NCBI RefSeq assembly: GCF_044704955.1
Contig: NC_091979.1
Coordinates: forward strand, 304,296,001 to 304,360,000
Reading direction: 5' to 3'
Origin: Pristiophorus japonicus
Lineage: Eukaryota
Length of the DNA: 64,000 nt
Made by a program: the position numbers and the translations under genes. Each line of letters begins with the position of its first letter. Within the stretch, counting starts at the first letter, position 1. This document shows, in pieces, positions 23,998 to 36,687 of this stretch. The notes beneath the pieces are model-generated. The model ran no database searches and had not been told where the DNA came from. It saw nothing but the letters and a program-made list of their open reading frames with translations.

Positions 23998-25342
23998 AAT
24001 CTAGTCCTTTTGGCGAGCAAGGTCAGAATGTGCATCAAGACTATTAAACAGTTTCTTACTTACACTGGGACAGGACTGGTGGGCCGAATGAGGCAAGTTA
24101 AACTTGAAGGGGCAGGTCTTGCTATTCTTGCACTCGATGTATTGGATCGGCTAGGCACAGCAAGTACAGTATATACGGACAGTGAGCCACGCACAGCTGT
24201 CTGGAAGGTTCCAGGTTCTTTCAATCTTCAACGAACATTTCAAAATATTTTCTTCGGATTTCTGAATAAACTGCTCTAATTCCAACTGAACAACTGTAAT
24301 TGTTTGCTGTCCCATTTTAAGGCTGCATCAATGCATATTCCAGTTTGGTAACCTCAAGGACAGACTTGGTTTGTGCAATGAGACACAAGCAACAAATGAA
24401 TAGGTATTTTGCCAACATATGACTCACCCCATTTCACTGTACAGTTCAGTAAGGTGTTATAGATGATATTTCTTATAAAATTGTGATTTATATGTTAATA
24501 GCATTTTAATGAATTATTAAACATATATAACACTAGCTTTGCCCCTTGCTGAAATAATGTATTGCCCAAATTATACATACGCCCGTTTGTTTGATGTCGA
24601 GAATTCTCCATTTATATTCATTTATTATATCAACCAGATACTTGTAGACAATCAATTCATTGTTCAGTTTGTTAACACCCCACAATTTATTTTTAATGAA
24701 TTTCCAATGCATATAAAACAAGCAGGTTCTGCTTGGAATATTCCTTGGGAGCAGAAATGCAGAAATGTCAGAATCGGATTTTGCTATTTGATATAAGGTA
24801 ACCATCCATCACCACCAACAGGGGGGGGAGAGAACCACATACATACGAGAGCTTTGCCAGAACAGTGAAAGCAAGTCTGAACAAAAGAATTCTTCCTAAA
24901 AATCATAATATCTTTTCCTCGCAAAACAGAATGCTCCTCTTTCTGAACAAGTACTGACAGGCCCACTACCGTGAGGCAGTGCATGTGTCTGAGTAAATAA
25001 TATCTCAGACTACAGCAGCATTGTCATTAATATTCCCCGAGGAAAAAAAAATGTATTATATGTTCAGAGGGCGAAGTAGCCAAAAACAAGGTTTTTCCTT
25101 ATAAAGTAACCCAATTGCTGCTGCATAAATGGAATTTTTATTAGTTTTGAGATGCCAGAAAGGAATGCAATTGATAGTTTGATTTAAATCCATTTCCCTT
25201 TCTAACTCCCCCCTGCCCTTCTTCTACAAAGAAAAATGTGATTTCCAAAACTGTCAACAAGAGAAATGTGCGAGATGGAGGATTGCAATGAGCATGGATA
25301 GCATTGTAATCAACTTTAACTTATTGTAATTTGTTAGCGCTG

Positions 25343-25572
25343 TATATAAATATCATTAAAATACACAGCTTCACACATTAAGTGTGTAGGTTATGTAAAA
25401 TTTTCCTGTAGCCGGGTGGGAGGGGTATTATTCCTTTCTGATTGGCTCAAATAAAGAATTTAACCACACTGATACGCTGAATGCAGATTGGAAAAGATCC
25501 CACAGAAAAGCAACCAATTCAATTGCTGCAGTGTGAGCCAATCACATCGTTCAATTTCCCGTCGCCATCTTG
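25343..25572. promoter_or_regulatory. Promoter-like motif cluster in unique intronic DNA
   Basis: TATATAAA 25343, TTATGTAA 25391, GGGTGGGAGGGG ~25414, four CCAAT/ATTGG boxes (25441, 25487, 25514, 25538), YY1-like CGCCATCTTG 25563. Confidence 0.4.
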
Positions 25573-25887
25573 ATTTCTGAACCAACTGAATATGTATCTG
25601 TACAAATAACAATTAATAGAAACACACATTTTCAAAATAATTTTACACCGAAGTCATTAAACCCGTGCACAAAATTAAAAATCTTCTAGCGCCTGACCCT
25701 TGACTTCTGCTTCAGTCCCAAAGCTGAATACTTCACGTCTGTTTTGAGTGGCCAAAGGGTAGACAATAAAGGTTGCCGATGTGGGTGCAACTGTCAGAGT
25801 TGAAACCATGCGCCAGTAGAGTTCAATGGGAATCAGGGAGAAAGCTGGCTGGAGTTATACCTAGCACAAAGGAAGATGGTTGTGGTT

Positions 25888-26346
25888 AAAAGAAAGACTT
25901 GCATTAAAATAGCCCCTTTCACGACCACCGAACGTCCCAAAGCGCTTTACAGCCAATGAAGTACTTTTGGAGTGTAGTCACTGTTGTAATGTAGGAAATG
26001 CGGCAGCCAATTTGCACACAGCAAGCTTCCACAAACAGCAAAGTGATAATGACCTGATAATCTGCTTTTTAGTGATGTTGGTTGAGGGATAAATATTGGC
26101 CAGGACACCAAGGATAACTTCCCTGCTCCTCTTCAAAATAATGCCATGGAATCTTTTACATCTACCCGAGAGGACAGATGGGGTCTCGGTTTAACATTTC
26201 ATCCGAAAACGGCACTTCAAACAGTGCAGCACACCCTCAGCACTGCACTGGAGTGTCAGCCTAGATATTTTGTGCTCAAGTCCTGGAAGTTTGTGGGTTC
26301 AAGACCCACTCATGACTCAGAGAGGAGGGTGCTACCAAATGAGCCA
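25888..26346 (-). mobile_element. DeuSINE copy, full length
   Basis: Reverse complement of the 15044-15447 family. Confidence 0.85.
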
Positions 26347-26860
26347 ATCGCTGCAGAGGTTCCTCAGGGCAGTGTCCTGGGCCCAACCATCTTCAGCTGC
26401 TTCATCAATGACCTTCCCTCCATCATAAGGTCGAAGTGGGTATGTTCGCTGATGACTGCACAGAGTTCAGTTCCATTCACAACCTCCCAGATAATGGAGC
26501 AGTCCATGCCCACATGCGGCAAGACCCGGACGACATTCAGGCTTGGGCTGATAAGTGGCAAGTAACATTCACGTCACACAAGTGGCAGGCAATGACTATC
26601 TCCAACAAGAGAGAGTCGAACCACCATCCCTTTACATTCAACGGCATTACCATTGCCGAATCCCTCACCATCAACATCCTGGGGGTCACCATTTACCAGA
26701 AACTTGACTGGACCAGCCACATAAATACTGTGGCAACAAGAGAGGATCAGAGGCTGGGTATTCTGCAGCAGAAATATCTCACCTCCTGTCTCACCAAAGC
26801 CTTTCCACCATCTATAAAGGCACAAGTCAGGAGTGAGAAGGAATACTCCCCACTTGCTTC

Positions 26861-29800
26861 CACTGCCTCCATGGAGTTGATTTTGCTATCAAGAACGAGC
26901 TGGTCGACCGCCTCAGAGACTCCCCCTGTGGGAATAGCGAGCGTCTCATGACTCTCCGATGCACCCGATCCTGGAACCAGTGTGCCACAGTCATCACTGC
27001 ATACGCCCCAACACTCGATGCAACAGATGAGGCCAAAGAGGGTTTTTACTCCAGCCTCGAAAAATCCCGACGGGCGACAAGCTGATCCTCCTCAGTGACT
27101 TCAACGCCAGGTTCAGCAAGTACACAGACCTCTGGGGAGGCGTGATCGGCAGAGAGGGGGTAGGGAAACCCAACTCCAGCAGTACCCTACTCCTGACAAA
27201 ATGCCTGGAGCACGACCTCGTCATCACCAACACCTTGTTCCGCCAGAGGGACAAATACAAGGCATCATGGCAACACCCTCACTCCAAACATTGGCACCTG
27301 CTCGACTAGGTCATCGTTCGAGCCAGGGATCGCAAGGATGTGCGCATCACCTGCGCCATGACAGGAGCGGACGGCTGCTGGATGGACCACCGCCTAAGCC
27401 GATCCATCATCAACATCAATATAGCCCCAAAGTGGTGACGGCAGCAGAAGCAGTGCCGCAAAAGTCAATGCCGGGGCACTCAAAGATCCAGCTTAGAGAG
27501 CCCTATACAGCCAGCGCCTCACTGCTAACCTCGCGACCCTTGATGACCCCGAGACGCAGAATGCCCACAGCTTGGTCTGCCCTCCAGGCCACCATAACCA
27601 GTGCCTGCGAAGAGACGCTCAGTCACTCAACCAGGAAACACCAGGATTGGTTTCATGAAAATGACCAGGAGATCCAAGAGCTAATAAATTGCAAGCACAG
27701 GGCATTTCTGAACCTAAAACAACCCAACTCGAGAGCAGCAAAGCAGCTTTACAGACGGCTTAAGGCCGAGGTCCAATAAAAAACCCTCGACCTAAAGAAT
27801 AGATGGTGGGTGGAGAAAGCACAGGAGATACAGCAAGCTGGCCAACAGCCATGATGTGCGAGGATTCTTCATCGCAGTCAAGGCCACCTACGGTCCAAAC
27901 ACCCAAGGCCCCACCCCACTGCTGGCCAAGAACGGGGAGACACTCATCAAGGACACCGAGGCATCAGGACCATTGGAAGAAGCACTTCGAAGATCTCCTT
28001 AACAGAGACTCTGCCTTTGACTCGAGTGTCCTCGACTCCATCCTGAGATGGTAGCATGCTACTCGCCACCATCTCAGCAAAACCCCAGCCCTGCACGAGG
28101 TAGAAAAGGCCATCCACCAGTTCAAGAACAACAAGGCCACGGGAGCGAATGGAATCACCGCCAAGGCACTAAAGTATGGTGGAAAGGCACTATTGGCATG
28201 AATGCATGACCTCATCTCTCTCATTTGGAAGGAGGAGAGAATGCCGGGAGATCTCAGAGATGCAGTGATCGTGACATCTTTAAAAAAGGGGACAAGTCCG
28301 ACTGCGGCAACTACAGAGGAATCTCCCTGTTATCAGCCACTGGGAAAGTCATCGCTAGAGTCCTCCTCAACCGTCTTCTCCCTGTGGCTGAGGAGCTCCT
28401 CTTGGAGTCACAGTGTGGATTTGGTTCTCTATGGGGTACAACGGACATGATTTTTATAGCGCGACAGCTGCAAGAAAATTGTAGGGAATAGCTTCAACCG
28501 TTGTACATGGCCTTCTTTGATCTTACAAAGAGTAGGGCCTTGGGTGTTTGAGCCGTAGGTGATCTTGATTGCGCTGAAGAATCCTCGCACATCATGGCTG
28601 TCGGCCAGCTGTTGTATCTCCTGTGCTTTCTCCACCCACCATCTGTTCTTTAGGTCGCGGATTTTTTGTTGGACCTCAGCCTTAAGCCGCCTGTAAAGCT
28701 GCTTTGCTGCTCCAGAGTTGGGTTGTTTTAGGCTCTGAAATGCCCTGCGCTTGTGATTTATTAGCTCTTGGATCTCCTGGTCATTCTCATCAAGCCAGTC
28801 CTGGAATTTCCTGGTTGAGTGACCGAGCGTCTCTTCGCAGGCACTGGTTATGGGTGGCCTGGAGGGCAGACCAAGCTGTGGGCAAAGGCCTTTGACACTG
28901 TCAACCGTGAGGGACTATGGAGCGTCCTCCTCCGTTTCGGCTGTCCCCAAAGATTTGTCACCATCCTCCGCCTGCTCCTTGACGACATACAAGCCGTGAT
29001 CCAGACCAACAGATCCACCACAGACCCAATCCACGTCCGGACCGGGATCAAGCAGGGCTGCGCCATCACGCCAAGCCTCTTCTCGATCTTCCTCACTGAC
29101 ATGCTCCACCTCACACTCAACAATCTCCCCGCTGGAGTGGAACTAAACTACAGAACCAGTGGGAACCTGTTCAACCTTCGTCGCCTCCAGGCCAGATCCA
29201 AGACCGTCCCAACCTCTGTCGTCGAACTACAGTACATGGACGACGCCTGCGTCTGTGCACATACAGAAGCAGAACTCCAAGTCATAGTTAACATCTTCAC
29301 TGAGGCGTATGAAAGCATGGGCCTTACGCTAAACATTTGTAAGACAAAAACCCTTCACCAACCTGACCCCCAGTCATCAAGATCTGCGGCGCGGCCCTGG
29401 ACAACGTGACCATTTTCCATACCTCGAGAGGCTATTATCAGCGAGGGCAGACATTGACGCGAGGTTCAACACTGCCTCCAGTGCGCCAGCGCAGCCTTCG
29501 GCCGCCTGAGGAAAAGAGTGTTTGAAGATCAGGTCCTCAAATCTACCACCAAGCTCATGGTCTACAGGGCTGTAGTAATACCCGCCCTCCTGTATGGCTC
29601 AGACGTGAACCATATACTGTAGACACCTCAAATCGCTGGAGAAACACCACCACGATGTCTCCGCAAGATCCTGCAAATCTCCTGGGAGGACAGGCGCATT
29701 AACGTTAGCGTCCTCGATCAAGCCAACACCCCCAGCATCGAAGCACTGACCACACTCGACCAGCTCCGCTGGGCGGGCCACTTTGTTTGCATGCCGACAC

Positions 29801-30193
29801 GAGACTCCCTAAGCAAGCGCTCTACTCGGAACTCCTACACGGCAAGCGAGCCTCAGGTGGGCAGAGCAAACGTTTCAAGGACGCCCTCAAAGCCTCCTTG
29901 ATAAAATGCAACATCCCCACCGACACCTGGGAGTCCCTGGCCAAAGACAGCCCTAATTGGAGGAAGAGCATCCGGGAGGGCACTGAGCACCTCGAGTCTC
30001 GTCACTGAGAGAATGCAGAAAACAAGCGCGGGCAGCGGAAGGAGCGTGTCCGTCCCACCACCCTTTTCTTCAACCATTGTGTGTCCCACCTGTGACAGAG
30101 ACTGTAATTCCCGTATTAGTCACCTAAGAACTCACTTTTAGAGTGGAAGCAAGTCTTCCTCGATTTTGAGGGACTGCCTATGATAATGATGAT
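26861..30193 (+). mobile_element. RTE LINE (APE endonuclease part + RT), degraded, with internal inverted segment
   Basis: AYAPT, DFNAR, HPHSKHWHLLD, KKGDKSDCGNYRGISLL and KAFDTVNREGLW; GAGGGACTGCCTATGATAATGAT tail. Confidence 0.92.
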
Positions 30194-31830
30194 GGATTTG
30201 TACAGCTCCAACAACACAAGAAGCTCAACACCATCCGGGACAAAGCAGCCAGTTTGATCGGCACCTCATCCACCACCTTAAACATTCAATTCCTCCATCA
30301 CCGTGTCTACAGTGTGCACCATCCACATGACCCACTGCAGCAACTGGCCAAGGCTTCTTCAGCAGCACCTCCCAAACCCGCGACCTCTACCACCTAGAAG
30401 GACAAGGGCGGCAGGCGAATGGGAACACCACCACCTCTAAGTTCCCCTCCAAGTTGCACACCAACCTGATTTGTCACTGCGTTAAAATCCTGGAACTCCC
30501 TCCCTAACAGCTCTGTGGGAGTACCTTCACCACACGGACTGCAGCGGTTCAAGAAGGCAATTAGGGATGGGCAATAAATGCTGGTTTTATCAGCTCACCT
30601 CCCAGCAACAAAAGTTGTTAAAGCTCCAGGTCAGTGTTGGGGCACCTGTTGTTTATAATTTTTATTAAGTGGAATATGATCCAAGATGTCGAAGTTTATG
30701 GATGACATCAAGTTTGTTCAGTGGCCAATGATGCTAACCAATGTTCTTGCTGAACTCCCTCAGCTGCAATCCCCCAATGCCTCAAATTAACAACTATGGT
30801 CCATGTAAATGTATATTATCGCTGCACAAAATATCTCTTAATGGTAAATTCAGAAAGGTCACAGCCAGTGATGGACAGACATTTGTAGACAACTGCAATT
30901 TACATTTGGCGGTTTGTGAGGAAGAAGACTTCACTCAGCGCAGAGCCGCCATGTACTTTTCCACAAAATAAATTTTGCCAAACAGCGTTTTGCTGAGGGG
31001 CAGTTGATTCATGGTGCAGGCAGTGGTAAAACTCATTCCCGTGATACAGCACAGCTCACCTCAAGGCAAGTTCATATCCGTGATTTAAAAGGAAATGTAA
31101 ATTCATGGACAATGTGTTCTACGTGAATATAGTGTTGCAAAATATAATTCAGTGAAAACTCACCCACCTACAATAAACTAGATGTGTAATGCTTGCAAAG
31201 GATAACAGTGAATCACAAAATTTGTTCAATTTCTTATCCATCTTAATTGTACAATAAGCAATTTTATTGCACAAAAGTACCAGCATATTTATCCTGCACT
31301 ATAAATTATACAGGCACTAATTACCATGCTAAATAAATCAAAGTCATCAGGGAGTAACTGTGATGCAGTTCAAGATAAACATTACATGGAAAATATTTAA
31401 ATGTTATTTCTTTTTCTGAAGCATATGCACAATTTGAAGGGATGATCAATTGAAAGCACAAACTGCTTTAATTGCTAATACTAGGGGCTCAATTTTCCCC
31501 AAGCCCATTTTCTGCCGTATTGCCAGAAATACGCCAGTTTTTCTAGATCAGAAATGCGGCAGAAATATTTTGCCAAAGTTTCCCCGATGTATAATTCGAA
31601 TTTGGCGTCACGCAGCGTGTCCAGTCACCTCGCGGGGTGGAGTCTGCTGTCTGCGCCAAAAAAAAATGCCATACCTTCTGCGCATGCGCGGGAAAAAAAG
31701 TAAAGTTTTTAACGTCGTTGCAATGGACGCACATGCTCAGTACAGCTCCCAGTTGGCAATCGGCCATTTTTAAAGAGCCAGTTGTGTGTGTGAGAAGGAG
31801 TGCTGTGTGAGAGCATTGGAAAAATCGCAG

Positions 31831-33816
31831 CTGGAGCAACACAAGATGTAACGCGGAGCACAGACCAAGAATTTCTTACAGGAAGAAGTGGAGGCACTAG
31901 TTACTGTGATTGGGAACAGATGGCAGGAGTTGGACATTAGCAGAGGTCACATAAAAGTTCCACTAAAAGAAATGAAGAAACGCTGGAACCAAGTTGCAGA
32001 TGATTACTGTGCAATGGTGAACACCACGAGATCTGGAAGCCAGTGTAAAAAGAAATGGCCAGACCTTTAGCAAGTAGTTAGTGTAAATAATATTTTCATT
32101 TATTCAATGCAATTGTAAATGTGACCATCTGTATATGTTCCACCCTGCAGAAAGGCACCCTCTCTAGAAAGTTGTATTTTAATCTTTGCAGAGGAAAATG
32201 GCTCGCAACAAAAGGGAAAGAACTCGAATAGGAGGAGGCCCGGCAAATCTGCAGCCACTGACACCCTTGGAAGAGAGGGTCGCTGCTTTGATGGGACCTG
32301 GAAAAAAGCAATCAGTACTGCACAAGGAGAGGGTAAGTCCTGCAAATTCACCGTGGCCCTTCAAATCAGCCTGCTGCCTGGCCTGCCATGTGTGAGCCTA
32401 CTCATGCCACACACCCTGCTCCCTCCTCTGCTGCTGTTGTCTGTTCTGTTATATTTTGCAGAACTGGAGGCCAACGCTGACGATGCAGATGATTCAGACG
32501 CAGACGAGCCTGAAGAGGAGAACATCTTCCAATTCATCCATGGGGATTAGGGGGAGGGGATGGAGCTGGATAAAGTTCCCACTGTTCTACTGACTTTGGA
32601 GGATGTGCTGCTCAAGGAGGTGACAGCCTCTTCAGTGACTAGTGGTTTGAATGTTGGTGGGACATTCCATGGTTTCACACCTTCTGAGATTGTGGGTCCC
32701 AGTAGTGGGGTGCAGTGAGGCACACCCAAGGCCCCACCGTCCCAGGCTGTGGGTCCCAGTAGTGGGGTGCAGTGAGGCACACCCAAGGCCCCACCGTCCC
32801 AGGCTGTGGGTCTCAGTAGTGGGGTGCAGTGAGGCACACCCAAGGCCCCACCGTCCCAGGCTGTGGGTCCCAGTAGTGGGGTGCAGTGAGGCACACCCAG
32901 GGCCCCACCGTCGCAGGCTGTGGGTCCCAGTGATGTGGTGCAGTGAGGCACACCCAGGGCCCCACCATCCCAGGCTGTGGGTCCCAGTGATGTGGTGCAG
33001 CAAGGCACACCCAGGGTCCCACCATCCCAGGCTGTGGGTCCCAGTGATGTGGTGCAGCAAGGCACACCCAGGGTCCCACCATCCCAGGCTGCGGGTCCCT
33101 GTGGTGTGGTGCAGCAAGGCACACCCAGGGCCCCAACGTCCCAGGCTGCGGGTTCCAGTGGTGTGTTGCGAGGCACACCCATGGGGAGGAGGGGACGGAG
33201 AGCTGGACCGCGCTCTCCTGAGATGCAGGATTTAACAGATGTGAGTCAGAGGATGTCATTGAGTGCAGAGAGCATTGACCTTACCCGATCACTCCCAGAC
33301 ACCATCCATGCGGTGAGTGATGAGGTAGCGGGACTGTTGGGAGAAGTAACAACACTCTCACGAAAAATGGGAACGATATCTGGGACCATCAGTGAAGGAA
33401 TAGTGTCCATGAGGGAGGGAATGTCAGAGGTAGTGCAAACCACATCACTGACCATGAAGGAGGGAATGTTGCAGGTAGTTGAGACACTGTCAGGGTGCAT
33501 GAGGGACGGCATGTTGGAGTTAGCTGCTGCAATAAGGGACCACACCCAGACCCCGCGCCCATTGACAGAATCAACTGCCACTCCCACTGCAATCCCCACA
33601 CCAGCCTCTGAAGAGCCCAAAGCCGGGCCGTCCAACTTGCCACCTGACGCGGACGCTGCTGCCCCCCCCCCCACCCACCCCCACCCTCAAGAGGTGCGCA
33701 GTACCCGAGATGTTAGAAAGAATAAGCTTGGTACCAAGCCCAGAAACACTGCCACCGCCTGCGGGCAGGGGTGGTGGAGTATCCAAGACCAAGCGCAGCG
33801 GGCGGTCTTAGAATAA
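31831..33816 (+). pseudogene. Harbinger Myb/SANT-like DNA-binding protein pseudogene (3 exons: ~31831-32082, 32192-32332, 32462-33816)
   Basis: TKNFLQEEVEAL...RWNQVA...RSGSQCKKKWPDL; GT-AG introns; several in-frame stops. Confidence 0.8.
32692..33180 (+). repeat. 57-bp minisatellite, ~8.6 copies
   Basis: Unit GTGGGTCCCAGTAGTGGGGTGCAGTGAGGCACACCCAAGGCCCCACCGTCCCAGGCT starting at 32692, 32749 ... 33148. Confidence 0.95.
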
Positions 33817-35119
33817 GGGGGAGAGATGGGTGCAGCCTTTCTTTGCTGCTGTTGTTGTTGTTGTTATTGTTACTGTTGTAACTTTCTCAAATTAAAGGTT
33901 TTTTCTAAGTTATGCAAATTTACAAGTTTATGTGATCTTAAAGTGGAGTTTGATACAAGAATAATTTTATTAAAGTTAAGTTATTGTAAACATTTGAATA
34001 AAATATATTTGACATTAAAAGTGAACTATGTTCCATTAACACAACAAAACATTACGGAACAGCTCCAAACAGTAAACATGTCCATGTGAATAGTTGTCGC
34101 TGAGCCCTCAGGGTCTCTTCTCTAACCCTCCCCTTGAGTCTTGTGATCTCTCTCTCTCTCCCTCCCCGGGCTCCAAGTCTGTTTCTCTGTGTGTGTGTGT
34201 GTCTCTCTCTGTCTCTGTCTCTCTCTCTGTCTGTTTGTCTCTCTCTCTCTGTCCTCCTCCTCCCCCCCTCCCCACCACGGCTTGTTTTGTAGCTGAGCCC
34301 GTGTCCAGACGTGAGGTCGATTCTGCCGGCCAAACTTATGATACTCCAGCCCTGCTTCAAGATGTTCGGTGGTGGCGTGAGTGAGTAAAAAAAAAAAGAG
34401 AAAACTTCTGAAATCCAACAAATTAACACTTCTACTTTGAAAGGTAAAAAAAGATGAACTTTATTATTGATTTTGACAGTGTTCGTGACTCCCTCCAAAA
34501 TCTTCGATTTTAAAAACAATGGTGTCTTTCAGCGCAGATTTGTGAATGTGCGCTGGTTTTCTTAACTCACCAGAGAGTTTTTCGGGAGTGGCCAGATACA
34601 CCAATGTAAACTGCGAACAATTGAAAAAACCGGCGCAGACACGAGGGAACTGGCCCAGAAAAATCGTAACTAAGCCAGTTACGCAGGCACAGATCGCAGG
34701 GGGGAAAATTTGAAAAAAATAAATACGACAGAAAAACGGGCGCTGCCAAAAAATGGGCGCAAATGGCTGGGGGGGGAAATGAGCCCATGTATGGGCTGGC
34801 TTCCGGAATGCTGACATCACTGGAACTTTATGGTTAATTCCAACTTACGCCTTTACTTAGGAGTGTTGGCTGAACTCAAGAGCTAGACACCTTAGGGAAT
34901 GTAGGAACACTAAATACTGGTTGTTGAGACCCTTCATGGCTCTGCCAAAAAACGAACCCCAAGAGACTGGGACATCCATAGGTGGTTCATTAAGTTGGGC
35001 AATAGCCACTCAAAGACATCAGCAAGCCAAGCTGACTGTGAGACTCAGCAAACTAAAACTGGCATCTTCTCAAAGGCAGGTAGACAAACACAGCCCCTAA
35101 CCCCCAGTGATGTCCCTGC

Positions 35120-35555
35120 ACAACAATTTGCATTTATATAGCACCTTTAACTTAGTCAAACATCCCCAAGGCATTTCACAGAAGCGTCATCAGACAAAAA
35201 TTGACACGAAGGAGGAGCTGTTAGGGCAGGTGACCAAAAGCTTGGTCAAACAGGTAGGTTTTAAGGAATGTCTTAAGGGAGGAGAGAGGTGGAGAGGTTT
35301 GGAGAGGGAATTCTGGAGCGAAGGGCCTAGACGGCTGAAGGCACGGCCGCCAATGGTGGGGCAAAGAGAGCGAGGGTGCACAAGAAGCTCGAGTTGGAGC
35401 AACGCAGAGTTTTCGGTGGGTTATCGGACTGGAGGAAATTACAGAGATAGGGAGGAGCGAGGCCTTGGAGCGATTTGAACATGAGGATGAGAATTTTAAA
35501 ACCGAGGCATTGGTGGAATGGGAGCCAATGTAGCTCAGTGAGCACAGGGATGGGT
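35120..35555 (-). mobile_element. L2-type LINE 3' fragment
   Basis: PVLTELHWLP...FKILILMFKSLQGLAPPYL; GGRAFSRLGP; LKTYLFDQAF. Confidence 0.8.
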
Positions 35556-35615
35556 TGCAAGGCATTTCGAGAAGGATCTCATAGCGTTGAAGAACAGCGC
35601 CTGTGCTGAATGCAC

Positions 35616-35919
35616 GGTTATATATGCAGACTATAGATATACTCTTATACTCTCTGAGTAGTCACTGTATAGTTGCATAAGATGGAGACTTGTATACCTG
35701 ATGTACTATCAATAAGGTTTACACTGTGTATATACTATGCTGGCACCACTAGAGGGTGCAACTGGTGGAGACCGGGGTTTCCTGCTCTAGTGGCAGGGGC
35801 TGTATAAAAGGCTGCCCACCATGCTTGTGCCTCACTCTGGAGGTACAAATAAAGGACCAAGGTCACTACAGTTTGAATACAACACATTGCCTCGTGGAGT
35901 CATTCATAAGTACATTACA
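35616..35919 (+). mobile_element. Solo LTR
   Basis: 5-bp TSD TGCAC; ends TTACA; TATAAAA ~35803 and AATAAA ~35848; homolog of 12609-12893. Confidence 0.8.
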
Positions 35920-36112
35920 TGCACAATTCTTTTTCTTAAATCATGTTTGGGATCATGTGATGCATTGCACAATCCCTCTCAGCACAAGGCTATAGGAAGG
36001 GCGGAACAGCAGTAGGCCATTCAGCCTGCTCGGCCATTCAGTTAGATCGTGGCTGATCTGTCAATCAGTGGCTTCTGCACACTGAAGCCTGCAGCTAAAG
36101 GCCTCAGTATAA

Positions 36113-36687
36113 TTGTAAGGCCGCACCTGGAATACTGCGTGCAGTTTTGGTCACCTTACTTAAGAAAGGATATACTGGCTTTGGAGGGGGTACAGAGACG
36201 ATTCACTAGGCTGATTCCGGAGATGAGGGGGTTACCTTATGATGATAGATTGAGTAGACTGGGTCTTTACTCGTTGGAGTTCAGAAGGATGAGGGGTGAT
36301 CTTACAGAAACATTTAAAATAATGAAAGGGATAGACAAGATAGAGGCAGAGAGGTTGTTTCCACTGGTCGGGGAGACTAGAACTAGGGGGCATAGCCTCA
36401 AAATACGGGGGAGTCAATTTAAAACCGAATTGAGAAGGAATTTCTTCTCCCAGAGGGTTGTGAATCTGTGGAATTCTCTGCCCAAGGAAGCAGTTAAGGC
36501 TAGCTCATTGAATGTATTCAAGTCACAGATAGATAGATTTTTAACCAATAAGGGAATTAAGGGTTATGGGGAGCGGGCGGGTAAGTGGAGCTGAGTCCAC
36601 GGCCAGATCAGCCATGATCTTGTTGAATGGCGGAGCAGGCTCGAGGGGCTAGATGGCCTACTCCTGTTCCTAATTCTTATGTTCTTA
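36113..36687 (+). mobile_element. CR1 LINE 3' fragment with intact reading frame
   Basis: [14 protein letters not shown]...KGYGERAGKWS; TTCTTATG tail. Confidence 0.92.

Larger units (their letters stand above)
25824..30600 (+). mobile_element. Old CR1-like LINE split by a DeuSINE and an RTE (pieces 25824-25887, 26347-26860, 30194-30600)
   Basis: VPQGSVLGPTIFSCFINDL, MFADD and WADKWQVTF motifs; sequence resumes after each insertion. Confidence 0.75.
31484..34786 (+). mobile_element. PIF/Harbinger deletion derivative retaining the Myb/SANT gene but lacking the transposase
   Basis: TIR GGGGCTCAATTTTCCCC / GGGGGAAATGAGCCC; Myb gene homologous to 45937-47258; homology to the long copy stops at GAGCCCTCAGG (34111). 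Confidence 0.85.

Noticed and set aside
24533-24805. Overlapping ORFs on both strands in unique DNA
   Set aside because: AT-rich, no recognisable domain or splice sites
32692-33180. CRISPR-like array (also 49840-50442)
   Set aside because: Head-to-tail tandem units without unique spacers, in a vertebrate TE
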